Source: Gammaproteobacteria bacterium
Lineage (GTDB): Bacteria > Pseudomonadota > Gammaproteobacteria > Pseudomonadales > Cellvibrionaceae
Direction of reading: 5' to 3'
DNA length: 64,000 bases
Assembly: GCA_021151835.1 (NCBI GenBank)
Contig: JAGKWO010000007.1
Span: forward strand, 7,064 to 71,063
Part shown: piece by piece, positions 28,021 to 37,877 of the stretch
Layout: each line of letters opens with the position of its first letter
Position numbering within the stretch: the stretch's first letter is position 1
Translations under genes and position numbers: made by a program
Notes under the pieces: generated by a model
Database searches by the model: none
Seen by the model: the letters and a program-made list of their open reading frames with translations, nothing else
Told to the model about the DNA's origin: nothing

Positions 28021-30930
28021 TTAAATGAGTGTCAGTGCTTTATTCAGTTTCTGCTCCAGCTCGGCCTTTAATTGCAAATAGTGGCCCAATTGCAAACCGG
28101 TTTGCTGGGCGAGCGTATCCCGGCAGAGCGATAAATCCAGGTCGGTAATATAACAAGGGTAACGTTCATTGCGCTGGCGACGGCGCACAATGTAACTGGC
28201 AACCGCCTTAAATAAATCGTCGCCATAGGCAAGCGTGGAAAATTCCTGCTCATCACAAAAAATGGTGAAGCGTAATTGTTGTTGATCCATTTCAGCGATA
28301 GCTTTGATATTAATAAAATGCAGTTGGCTGAGCTCGGCACTCAAATGGCGAGCCTCTACTACACCTTGTTGTTGTTTAATGTTGCCCGTTAATTCATAGA
28401 GTCGAATGGAATCCTGTTCTGGCATGGGGCTGGCGTGATCACCATCCAGGTGCAAACGTTGTAACGCGGCGCGAATAAAGTTAACGAATGGGCGCAATAA
28501 TGTTTGCTGGTTATGAAATTCGGTGATTGTGTTAAACAGCGAACCTTTTTCATCCACGAGCGTGATATTAGCCTTATTGTTGTCCAGTTGATAAAACACA
28601 TAAATTCCATTGTGCTTCAGGGTGTTGCAAATAAGGCGCAAGGGCTTATCGCGCAATCCATGCCGGTCAACAATAATAGGGCTGAATTCCAGTTGCGGCT
28701 GGCCAAGTTTCTCCAATAGTTTTTCATAACTTTTAAAACGCTGGATTTGTGGCTGTTGCTGGATAAATTGCAGCAATAAATATTCCGCGCCCATTTCCAG
28801 GATATAGCGGCTGGTGCGCGGCCGTGTGCCGGAATAATAACAACTGATCAGGTCGTGCCACAGTTCTGTTAAACGCTGGGCAATGTTGGTTCCCTGGCCA
28901 CTGCTAAAACAGCGAATACTCAATTCAGGCATGCTGGATTTTTTTCCTGGAGGCAGGAGGCGAAAATAATGCTGCAAGCAATTAATCAACGCATCGGTAC
29001 CGTAATGCCTGCACACCAATTCGCCCCAGGAATTAATGTGGATGACGTCCGCATTAATTATTAAATTTTCACGCAAACCTGTATAAACCAGCGCATCTTT
29101 TTGGCTGCTAAGCATTTGCATGCCTTTTTTATGCAAATCTGCCTGGGGTTCTACGCCGATATTAATGATGAATAGTATTCGTTCGACATTCGCCGGGCGT
29201 GTAAATTGATTGTGATCAATAAGCTGTGGCAATGGTAACCACTGTTGCAGCGCGTGAATCAATTGCTGCTTTTGCAAGCTGCTCAGCACAAAACCATTAC
29301 CGACGATATCGATCTTGGTGCTGCCGGTGAGGATTTCATTTGCATGGCACCACAGCAGTAATTCTATTAAACCGCGCGCACGCTTGATCGGTTCGACATT
29401 GATGTTACGCAGGCTCACGTCATTAAAGCTGCCGCGCAATAGCTGCCAGCTTTCGCCATCATCGTTCTGTTCGCGTATGCAGCACAAATGCTCTTCACTT
29501 AAATCACGTGAAATGCCCGGGTTAATCCATTCTATTTTTCCCGCTTTGCGTTCAAAGGCGGCGTGTAACTTGCGGCCCAATATCAGTAGCTCTTCATTGC
29601 TAATGGCAATATCGTGATCATGGTATTTATTTAATTCATTAAGCAGGCGATAGCTTTGGTTTAATTCATGGACCAGGAGCGCACGTTCGCTAATCACATG
29701 TGGCGCTTTCCAGTAAGCGCGATTGTCGAGCATGTGTAGTTGATGCGTTGACCAATTCCATTTTTTTACCAATTGTTCCAGCAATTGGCGCTGCCAGGAT
29801 TTATTAGCCTGGCGATTGGTGCGCGATAACGCATTGTTTGCCTTGAAGTAAAAACAGCGGCGCACCAATTCCAAACGCAATAGCTGGTGATGCAAGCCCA
29901 AATAATTTTCCAGCCGCTGATACACCATTACATAAGGGTCCAATGCATTGGCATCGGGTGCTTGCGCATATATCGCGCGTTTAAAACTGATAGCCAGGGG
30001 TTCGCTGGTATTTTTAATTGCGGTAGAAATATCGTCTTCATGTTCCTTAACGACATTGGCAGTACTACTTGCGTAAGCTTCCAGCAATAACAGTTTTAAT
30101 ACGGATTTATAGGGTGATTCAATGGCCTTATAAAGTTGCCATACCCCGGCCCCTACAAATTCATTGGCGGGGATTTCAGGCAATCCGCCAAAATCAATAA
30201 CATCGTCGGCTTTAATAAAACGTTTACCTAATAATTTTTCCCGGTAGACGTTGTAATCCAACTCCTGTGTTGCCGGGACAAACCACCAGAGCGGAACTTT
30301 TCCCGCTAACCAGAGGGCGGTGCGATAGAACTCATCCAGCAACAAAAAATGTTGCGCAGAGCCACTGCCTTCGCTGCTCAGGCGTTGGCCGCGCTGATTG
30401 GAAAAGTCATCGCTGTGCATGAGGAAGCAATGCACTTCCAGATGAATTTGTTGTTCCGCCCACTGGCTGATCAGTGCGCATTTTCGCTCCAGTTCCCCGA
30501 TGGCGGCTTCATTATCCACGAGGCTATGGCATACCCAGATATCCAGATCACTGGAATCACTTTGTGCGATAGTGCCCACGCTGCCCATCATAAATAGCGC
30601 ATCAATCGCATAGGATTTTTCAGTGAGGTCGCGGTTGTATTGAAAACTGCGAGCGAGGACTTTTGCCTGCCGCAAAACGTCCGCATCTGGTTGGTATTGG
30701 TAAATACCGGCCGGGGTTGAATGGGATGTGTAACCCGGTAGCATCGGATGGTTAACATGGAACAACAGCGGCAACAATTGCAAAAATTGCTGCTGGCGAT
30801 CAGATAATGCGGCGCGGGTGCGTTGATAACGCACATTATTTAAATCAAGGAAACGCTGCTTTAATTGGGTTAATTGTTTGCGGTCGATGCCTTCATCAAT
30901 GTCATGAATATCTATCGGGCGAGAGTGCAT
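28021..30930 (-). CDS. cyaA: Class I adenylate cyclase
   Basis: LPLLFHVNHP, MGSVGTIAQSDSSDLDIWVC, LLLDEFYRT and WQLYKAIESPYKSVLK motifs. Confidence 0.95.
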   Translation of the reverse strand: MHSRPIDIHDIDEGIDRKQLTQLKQRFLDLNNVRYQRTRAALSDRQQQFLQLLPLLFHVNHPMLPGYTSHSTPAGIYQYQPDADVLRQAKVLARSFQYNRDLTEKSYAIDALFMMGSVGTIAQSDSSDLDIWVCHSLVDNEAAIGELERKCALISQWAEQQIHLEVHCFLMHSDDFSNQRGQRLSSEGSGSAQHFLLLDEFYRTALWLAGKVPLWWFVPATQELDYNVYREKLLGKRFIKADDVIDFGGLPEIPANEFVGAGVWQLYKAIESPYKSVLKLLLLEAYASSTANVVKEHEDDISTAIKNTSEPLAISFKRAIYAQAPDANALDPYVMVYQRLENYLGLHHQLLRLELVRRCFYFKANNALSRTNRQANKSWQRQLLEQLVKKWNWSTHQLHMLDNRAYWKAPHVISERALLVHELNQSYRLLNELNKYHDHDIAISNEELLILGRKLHAAFERKAGKIEWINPGISRDLSEEHLCCIREQNDDGESWQLLRGSFNDVSLRNINVEPIKRARGLIELLLWCHANEILTGSTKIDIVGNGFVLSSLQKQQLIHALQQWLPLPQLIDHNQFTRPANVERILFIINIGVEPQADLHKKGMQMLSSQKDALVYTGLRENLIINADVIHINSWGELVCRHYGTDALINCLQHYFRLLPPGKKSSMPELSIRCFSSGQGTNIAQRLTELWHDLISCYYSGTRPRTSRYILEMGAEYLLLQFIQQQPQIQRFKSYEKLLEKLGQPQLEFSPIIVDRHGLRDKPLRLICNTLKHNGIYVFYQLDNNKANITLVDEKGSLFNTITEFHNQQTLLRPFVNFIRAALQRLHLDGDHASPMPEQDSIRLYELTGNIKQQQGVVEARHLSAELSQLHFINIKAIAEMDQQQLRFTIFCDEQEFSTLAYGDDLFKAVASYIVRRRQRNERYPCYITDLDLSLCRDTLAQQTGLQLGHYLQLKAELEQKLNKALTLI

Positions 30931-30949
30931 GGACGTTGATGGCCTTAGG

Positions 30950-33694
30950 TTAACGCTGGAAATTATTGTTAGTCACTTTTTTCTTGCGCAGTATATCGGC
31001 GAGTGTGTTGTAAAGCAGCTCGGGATTTACCGGTTTGGATAAATAGCCATTCATTCCCGCTGCCAGGCAGCGTTCGCGATCGCCGCGCATTGCCTGTGCC
31101 GTTACCGCAACAATAGGAATATGCTGCTGCTGATTCTTGTTGCGTAATTGTCCGGCGCGAATTCGTTTGGTGGCTTCCAGCCCGTCCATTTCCGGCATTT
31201 CCAGATCCATTAAAATAGCATCAAATATATCGCTGGCATTTTCCAGGATCTGCAAGGCTTCAATGCCATTACCGGCAATGCTGGTGTGGATATGTTTCTT
31301 TTTCAAAATGCCGCGGATGACTTGCTGGTTGACGATGTTATCTTCCACGATAAGCATTTTGGTATTTTCCAGGATGTCGAGCGAATCGTCCGCTACCCTG
31401 ACTTCCGGGCTGATTTGTTGCAATAAAAATTCGCGGCCGATGGCCTGGCTGATGGCATCAAATAAACGCGACTCACTGACCGGTTTACTTAAAAATTCAT
31501 CGACCAGAATTGCGTTAGGGTCCGCACTGGAAATTTCATCGCGATGGTAGGCCGAAATTAAAAATACCTGGGGTTTTTGTTTCAGGCTGTTATCGGATTT
31601 GATCAGTCCGGTGAGTTGCAAACCGTTCATGTTGGGCATGCGGTAATCGAGCAATACAAAATGGTAGGGTTGCCCGAGGTTATCGGCCTGGCGAATGCGT
31701 TCAATCGCGCTGAACGGATTGTCAATTTCATCCACTTGTAAATGAATGCTGCGCGCGGTGCTTGCAATGATGGTGCGCGCTATGGTGTTGTCATCCACAA
31801 TCAAGACGCGAATGTTATTTAAATCGCGCGGATGGTTAACCAGGTTTTTTTCACCGAGGTGGCTGTGCTCGAATACGGCAGTGAAGGTGACCTTGCAACC
31901 TTTGTTCAAGCTGGATTCAATTTGGAAGTCACCTTGCATTAAATGGACAAGGTGGCTGCAAATGCCGAGGCCGTAGGAATTTTTTTCGCTCTCGGCGTGG
32001 TATTTGTTGAATACCAGTAATTCCCTGATGTGCGCGAGTTTTTCAACGGTCATACCCAGGCCGTTATCCTCCACAATAAATTGCAACACGACTTGCTTTT
32101 GTGTTTGTGGCAAACGCGTTACGCGCACGACAACCTGGTTGGTGTTGGAGTATTGGAAAGCATTGCTGATCAAATGGCTGAGAACCTGGCTAAGGCGCGA
32201 CGCATCACCACGCAAAAAGCGCGGCACATCTGTTTTAATGTCGTAAACAATATTTACTGCGCGATGCAACGCGCTGATTTCAAACAGGCGCGAAATTTTT
32301 TCAAATAATTGGTCAATATCGAAGTGCGCGTATTCCAGTATTACGCGACCTGCCTCTATTTTGGAAAAATCGAGCAATTGATTGATGATTTGCAGCAGCG
32401 AATCGGCGGCCGAGTTAATGCTCATTAAATAACTTTGTTGTTGCTCATCCAGTTGCGTGTCATGCAGTAGATAACCAATACCAATAATTGCATTCATCGG
32501 TGTGCGAATTTCATGGCTCACGCGCGCCAGGAATTCACTTTTGGTTTTGCTGGCGAGATCGGCCTGGGCTTTGGCATTGAGCAGTTCTTCACGCGATGTC
32601 ATAAAATCGGTGATGTCGGTATTGACCCCCACGCAACGTGTCGGGCGGCCGACATGATCCGGCTCAAAAAATTTGGCTTTGGAGTTGACCCAGATAATGT
32701 GGCCATCGCGATGCAAGAGCCGGAATTGTAATTGCAGTGAATCGCGTTTGTTGTCAATCGCGGCCTGGTATTCGTGCAGCATATTGTCCAGGTCTTCGGG
32801 ATAGGCAAAATAATCCTGCAAGGTTTTTAAGTTACCGGGTAAATCCTCGTAATCATAACCGAGCATGCGCAGGTAACTGCGGCTGAAATAAATTTTGTTG
32901 GTAAGTAAATTCCAGTCCCAGATGCCATCGTTGCTGGCTTCCATCGCATATTGGTAACGTGTATCGCGATCATTCATCAGGCGCAACTGTTCATGCTGTT
33001 GCATAAAGCGAAATAGCCAGCCGAGTAAACTGGCGAGCGCTTTGGCATCTTGCGGATGCCAGGTGCATGGGTTGTCGCGGTGCAATGTCATTAAACCGCG
33101 CAACTGGTTTTGCTCGGTAAGTGGAATGATCAGGCTGTTAAAAATACCGAGTTGGCGTAAGGGTTCAGTGACTTGCGCGAGATCGTGATCCGTCGCAGAC
33201 AAAACCAGCGCCTGGCCATCATCAAGGTGGCGCCGCTCGGTTGACTCGGGTTTGACAGCGAAGCGCAACCAGTCGGCAGCTTGCAAGCGGCTGCGGGCGA
33301 GATCACTTAAGTCGGAGCTGCACCATTGGCTGAGCAAGTCGAGTTGACCGTCCTGCTGGTCCCAATTCCACAAGCCGATTTCCCGCAAGCCCAACAGGCT
33401 GCCGACCTTGCGTAATACCTGCTGGATGCTGTGCGGATGTTGTTGCTTAACCAGAAACCGAAGGGTTTCCTGCACCCAGACCTCATCGAAGATCGCGCCA
33501 TCACTTTTAGTGAGGGGGCCGGGAGCATCCTGTTCGGAGTCGGCGTTAGGGTTTTGCGCACTGGTGCGCAGTTGGTTGATCGCGTGTTTGGCTTGCAGGC
33601 TCTGTTTCAGGGAAACGAGTTCCTCCTCCAGCAGCTGGATTTTCGCTGCCAGTGCTTCTTCAGAATCCCCTGAATGCAAAGATTTCTTACCCAT
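30950..33694 (-). CDS. Hybrid sensor histidine kinase (GAF-PAS-HisKA-HATPase-REC-REC)
   Basis: GIWDWN PAS, FLARVSHEIRTPMN, DFSKIEAG, and two receiver domains (LLDYRMP, LMDLEMP). Confidence 0.92.
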   Translation of the reverse strand: MGKKSLHSGDSEEALAAKIQLLEEELVSLKQSLQAKHAINQLRTSAQNPNADSEQDAPGPLTKSDGAIFDEVWVQETLRFLVKQQHPHSIQQVLRKVGSLLGLREIGLWNWDQQDGQLDLLSQWCSSDLSDLARSRLQAADWLRFAVKPESTERRHLDDGQALVLSATDHDLAQVTEPLRQLGIFNSLIIPLTEQNQLRGLMTLHRDNPCTWHPQDAKALASLLGWLFRFMQQHEQLRLMNDRDTRYQYAMEASNDGIWDWNLLTNKIYFSRSYLRMLGYDYEDLPGNLKTLQDYFAYPEDLDNMLHEYQAAIDNKRDSLQLQFRLLHRDGHIIWVNSKAKFFEPDHVGRPTRCVGVNTDITDFMTSREELLNAKAQADLASKTKSEFLARVSHEIRTPMNAIIGIGYLLHDTQLDEQQQSYLMSINSAADSLLQIINQLLDFSKIEAGRVILEYAHFDIDQLFEKISRLFEISALHRAVNIVYDIKTDVPRFLRGDASRLSQVLSHLISNAFQYSNTNQVVVRVTRLPQTQKQVVLQFIVEDNGLGMTVEKLAHIRELLVFNKYHAESEKNSYGLGICSHLVHLMQGDFQIESSLNKGCKVTFTAVFEHSHLGEKNLVNHPRDLNNIRVLIVDDNTIARTIIASTARSIHLQVDEIDNPFSAIERIRQADNLGQPYHFVLLDYRMPNMNGLQLTGLIKSDNSLKQKPQVFLISAYHRDEISSADPNAILVDEFLSKPVSESRLFDAISQAIGREFLLQQISPEVRVADDSLDILENTKMLIVEDNIVNQQVIRGILKKKHIHTSIAGNGIEALQILENASDIFDAILMDLEMPEMDGLEATKRIRAGQLRNKNQQQHIPIVAVTAQAMRGDRERCLAAGMNGYLSKPVNPELLYNTLADILRKKKVTNNNFQR

Positions 33695-33903
33695 GCCGCC
33701 TCGTTATTGTCTGGACAAAAAATAAACTGCCAGACCTAAAGCCTAGCTTATGACTGTGCAAATACCAGCGACATCAGGAATAGAATAATGAAAAATGCGC
33801 CAAAGAGCGATGCGTTGTAATGGCGTGAAATATTTCGGGTGATGGATGCTGTGGTGGCGATAGGGATCGGTTGGTTATTGCAGTGTTTGTGGTTGTTGAA
33901 AAT

Positions 33904-33936
33904 AAAAATGCCGCCCCGTATGCCGGGGCAGCATTT
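33904..33936 (-). terminator. Terminator after argH
   Basis: aaaaATGCCGCCCCG-tatgc-CGGGGCAGCAT hairpin; T-run on the minus strand. Confidence 0.7.
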
Positions 33937-33957
33937 ATCGTTTATTGCGGTTTTTAA

Positions 33958-35358
33958 TTACTGGCGGGTTGCCAGACTGGCTTTGGCGCGCCCAACCGCC
34001 GCTTTTACCTGTACCGGCGCGGTGCCACCAATGTGGTTGCGCGCGGCAACTGAACCTTCCAGCGTTAATACCGCAAACACGTCCTGCTCGATAACGGTGG
34101 AGAATTGTTGCAGTTCGGTGAGGTCCATTTCCGATAAATCTTTGCCGGTTTGTACACCGTAAGCGACTGACTTGCCCACAATCTCATGCGCATCGCGGAA
34201 CGGCACACCGCGGCGAACCAGGTAATCAGCCAGATCGGTGGCGGTAGAAAAGCCGCGTTTGGCTGCTTCGTACATTTCGGCTTTACGTGGCAGGATCGCG
34301 GGCACCATGTCGGCGAAGGCGCGCAGGCAATCTTTCACGGTGTCGATGGCATCGAACACCGGTTCTTTATCTTCCTGGTTGTCCTTGTTGTACGCCAATG
34401 GCTGGGATTTCATCAGCGTCAGCAGCGCAATCAAATGACCGTTCACACGGCCCGTTTTACCGCGGACCAATTCCGGAACGTCCGGGTTTTTCTTTTGCGG
34501 CATGATTGACGAGCCGGTGCAGAAACGGTCGGGCAGGTCGATGAATTTAAATTGCGATGATGTCCAGAGCACCAGCTCTTCGCTCATGCGCGACAGATGT
34601 GTTAACAGGATGCTGGCGAATGCGCAGAATTCGATGGCAAAGTCGCGGTCGCTCACGGAATCCAGCGAGTTTTCAGTCGGCGCGTCAAAGCCGAGCAATT
34701 GCGCGGTGTAGGCGCGATCAATCGGGTACGTGGTTCCCGCTAGTGCCGCCGCGCCCAGTGGCGATTGGTTTACGCGCTTGCGGCAATCGATCAGGCGACC
34801 ATAATCGCGTTGCAACATTTCAAACCAGGCGAGCAGGTGATGGCCAAATGTCACCGGCTGCGCGGTTTGCAAATGGGTAAAGCCGGGCATGATAGTGTCG
34901 GCATTGGCTTCGGCCAGGCCGAGCATGCCTTGCTGCAAACGGGTCAGCTCTTTGGCAATTGCATCGATTTCGTCGCGGATATACAGGCGAATATCGGTAG
35001 CTACTTGATCGTTGCGCGAACGACCGGTATGAAGCTTCTTGCCAGTGATGCCGATGCGCTGGGTCAGCACTGCTTCGATGTTCATGTGCACATCTTCAAG
35101 GCTGATTGACCAGGTGAACTTACCGGCAACGATTTCTGCGCGGATTTCCTCAAGGCCGGTGATAATCTGGTCGCGTTCTGCCTCGCTCAGCACACCCACT
35201 TTGGCGAGCATGGTCGCATGGGCGATGGAGCCGTTGATATCGTGGTGGTAGAGGCGGTAATCAAAACCGATAGAAGCGGTAAAGCGCTCGACAAAGGCAT
35301 CAGTCGCTTCACTGAAGCGGCCGCCCCAGGGTTTGATCGGCTGGTCATTCTGGCTCAT
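33958..35358 (-). CDS. argH: Argininosuccinate lyase
   Basis: [21 protein letters not shown] and [12 protein letters not shown] motifs. True start is MSQNDQ at 35358. Confidence 0.97.
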   Translation of the reverse strand: MSQNDQPIKPWGGRFSEATDAFVERFTASIGFDYRLYHHDINGSIAHATMLAKVGVLSEAERDQIITGLEEIRAEIVAGKFTWSISLEDVHMNIEAVLTQRIGITGKKLHTGRSRNDQVATDIRLYIRDEIDAIAKELTRLQQGMLGLAEANADTIMPGFTHLQTAQPVTFGHHLLAWFEMLQRDYGRLIDCRKRVNQSPLGAAALAGTTYPIDRAYTAQLLGFDAPTENSLDSVSDRDFAIEFCAFASILLTHLSRMSEELVLWTSSQFKFIDLPDRFCTGSSIMPQKKNPDVPELVRGKTGRVNGHLIALLTLMKSQPLAYNKDNQEDKEPVFDAIDTVKDCLRAFADMVPAILPRKAEMYEAAKRGFSTATDLADYLVRRGVPFRDAHEIVGKSVAYGVQTGKDLSEMDLTELQQFSTVIEQDVFAVLTLEGSVAARNHIGGTAPVQVKAAVGRAKASLATRQ

Positions 35359-35542
35359 GAGGATGTGTCCACAAACGTAAAATAATGAAATGGATGGCTG
35401 GCGCAGCCAAGCTAGGATTCGCATTTTGGGCGGATATAAAATGGCCGCCGCGCCGCAAGGCCGCGCATTATAGCCCAAGGCTTCGCCACTTCGCCTGCGA
35501 AGATAACGATTCAAACTACAACCGTGTAATTAAAGGGGATTT

Positions 35543-36634
35543 ATGCCTGCACCCAGGGTTAAAAATACGCGCGCCGAGGCCCGCGAACCCATCAATCCCT
35601 TTTTGCCGGATTTATGTAATAGCCAATCGGTATTCCTGCTGGTGCTGGTCGCGGAATTGCTGGCTTTATTATTGACGATCAGTGCCTCATCCGGGTTACA
35701 GCATTTTAATTGGGACAAGCTTGCCCTGATTTCAGTACAGGTGCAGTGGATTGTCTTGTTCAGCGCGATTGCCTTATGCCGGATGCGTTTCTGGCTGGGG
35801 CAACAAACCCATGTGCAGGCGGGGACCGCCAGTTATGTGCTGGTATTGCTGTTTACCCTGGTGCTATCGGTGCTGGGGCAATGGATTATCTACGGTATCG
35901 GCTCGGATTCCGCCGGTGATCACTTCGAATTTGATTATTGGCTGCTGCTCAATAATTTGGTGATCGCGGCAATTCTTTCCGGTATTTTGCTGCGCTATTT
36001 ATACCTGCAACAGCAATTGCGCAACCAGCAGCAAGCGGAAATGCAAGCGCGTATCCAGGCGTTGCAATCGCGTATCCGCCCGCATTTTTTATTTAACAGT
36101 ATGAATGCGATTGCCAGTTTGATCAGCACTGACCCCGATACGGCCGAGCGTGTGGTGGAAGACTTGTCGGAATTATTTCGGGCGAGCCTCGCCGAGCCGA
36201 CCTTGATTCCGCTGGAGCGTGAACTCACGTTGTGCAAACACTATCTGGAAATTGAACAGTTGCGGCTGGGGCGCAGGTTGCAAGTGGATTGGCAAATTGG
36301 CAGCTACACTAGTGAAGTAAAAATTCCCAGCCTGATGTTGCAGCCTCTGGTGGAGAATGCCATTTTCCACGGGGTGGAGCCTATGCCCAAAGGCGGGAAA
36401 ATTACCATCAAGGTTTCGCAAAACGATAAGCAACTCAGTATCGTCATCAGCAACCCTTATGTGCTGGTGAAACGCAATTCGCAAAACCACGAACATTCCC
36501 AGCGCCATAACCGCATGGCATTGGATAATATCCGTCGCCGCCTGACCGCGCATTTCGGCAGCGCCGCGCGTTTGTCCAGCAGCGCGGAAAATGGTGTGTT
36601 TACAACCTATATATTTTGCCCGCTAACGGTGTGA
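35543..36634 (+). CDS. algZ: LytS-type sensor kinase AlgZ/FimS
   Basis: TM region, LQSRIRPHFLFNSMN and LQPLVENAIFHG; argH-algZ-algR synteny. Confidence 0.88.
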   Translation: MPAPRVKNTRAEAREPINPFLPDLCNSQSVFLLVLVAELLALLLTISASSGLQHFNWDKLALISVQVQWIVLFSAIALCRMRFWLGQQTHVQAGTASYVLVLLFTLVLSVLGQWIIYGIGSDSAGDHFEFDYWLLLNNLVIAAILSGILLRYLYLQQQLRNQQQAEMQARIQALQSRIRPHFLFNSMNAIASLISTDPDTAERVVEDLSELFRASLAEPTLIPLERELTLCKHYLEIEQLRLGRRLQVDWQIGSYTSEVKIPSLMLQPLVENAIFHGVEPMPKGGKITIKVSQNDKQLSIVISNPYVLVKRNSQNHEHSQRHNRMALDNIRRRLTAHFGSAARLSSSAENGVFTTYIFCPLTV

Positions 36635-36683
36635 TAGCCGTGTGCGTAAATGTTGTTAAAAATCATCCGCAGAGAAAATAATT

Positions 36684-37424
36684 ATGGATGTGCTGATTGT
36701 CGATGATGAAGCCCTGGCGCGGCAGCGCCTGGTGCGGATGGTGGAAAAAATCGAAGGCTTTTGTGTTGCTGCCGAAGCGGATGGTGCGGATGAGGCGATG
36801 GTTGCAATTGCCGCCCATGATCCGGATATTGTCTTGCTGGATATTCAAATGCCCGGGCGCGATGGCCTATCGCTTGCGCGCGATATTGCCGCACTGGAAG
36901 ATCCGCCGGCGATAATTTTTTGCACCGCCTACGATCAGTATGCGCTCGATGCCTTTGGCACCAACGCCGTGGGTTATCTGCTTAAACCGGTCAAAGCCGA
37001 ACAACTTTTACAAGTATTGGAAAAGGCCACCAAGCTCAACAAAATCCAGCGGGTTGCGGCCCAGAAAAATCCTGCGTCAAAGAAAGAAAACCAACGCACC
37101 CATATCAGCGCGAAAACCCGTCGCGGTGTGGAATTAATTCCCCTTGATGACGTGCGCTATTTTCTGGCCGACCATAAATACGTTACGGTTTACCATCGCC
37201 ATGGCGAACATTTGCTGGATGAAACCCTGAAAGAATTGGAAGAGGAATTTAACGGGCGCTTTGTGCGTATCCATCGCAATTCACTGGTGGCAATCAAACA
37301 TATCGAGGCACTGGAGCGCACGCCACAGGGCCAGTACCAGGTACGTCTTGCCGATACCGAAATGCGCCCGGTAATTAGCCGCCGGCACGTGAGTGATTTA
37401 AAAGAGTTGTTGAAAGTAATCTAG
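36684..37424 (+). CDS. algR: LytTR response regulator AlgR
   Basis: REC domain plus LytTR (ADHKYVT, FVRIHRN, ISRRH). Confidence 0.9.
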   Translation: MDVLIVDDEALARQRLVRMVEKIEGFCVAAEADGADEAMVAIAAHDPDIVLLDIQMPGRDGLSLARDIAALEDPPAIIFCTAYDQYALDAFGTNAVGYLLKPVKAEQLLQVLEKATKLNKIQRVAAQKNPASKKENQRTHISAKTRRGVELIPLDDVRYFLADHKYVTVYHRHGEHLLDETLKELEEEFNGRFVRIHRNSLVAIKHIEALERTPQGQYQVRLADTEMRPVISRRHVSDLKELLKVI

Positions 37425-37877
37425 CATCAATTGTGTATGATTTTTTATTAATGAACTGTGCGATTAACAAGTTTTTGCCGGTAAACCAAAAATTATATTT
37501 AGCCGCGCACGCTTTTCCTGTCGCCAATTATTTATTGAAGGTAATGGTTGCCGGTCCGTTGGTGTTTGGTGGTCACATGTTTAATTTCGTAAGGAATAGC
37601 AGCGGCAAAGTGATGCCTTTAGCCAGGTGTTTATCTGAAAAATCAGTTAAAGATTAGTTTTAATGCGCTTATTTTGGCGGTGCCGATAAAAATCTGATTT
37701 AGCATGCTAATTCTCTATTGTGGTTTTATTAAATAAATTTTAGTAATTTTTTAAATTCCAGCGCCACTCTTTTTGCAAAGGGTGATCTTCATCCGTGTTT
37801 GATTTTCCCCGCGTTCGATAATGCAGTGCTTTTGTCCAGAAGGACATTAGTTCAATCCATTTATTATCGAGGGAAAT

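Noticed and set aside
35359-35514. N-terminal extension of argH in the ORF track
   Set aside because: ArgH homology starts near WGGRF; the extension spans the divergent argH/algZ promoter.
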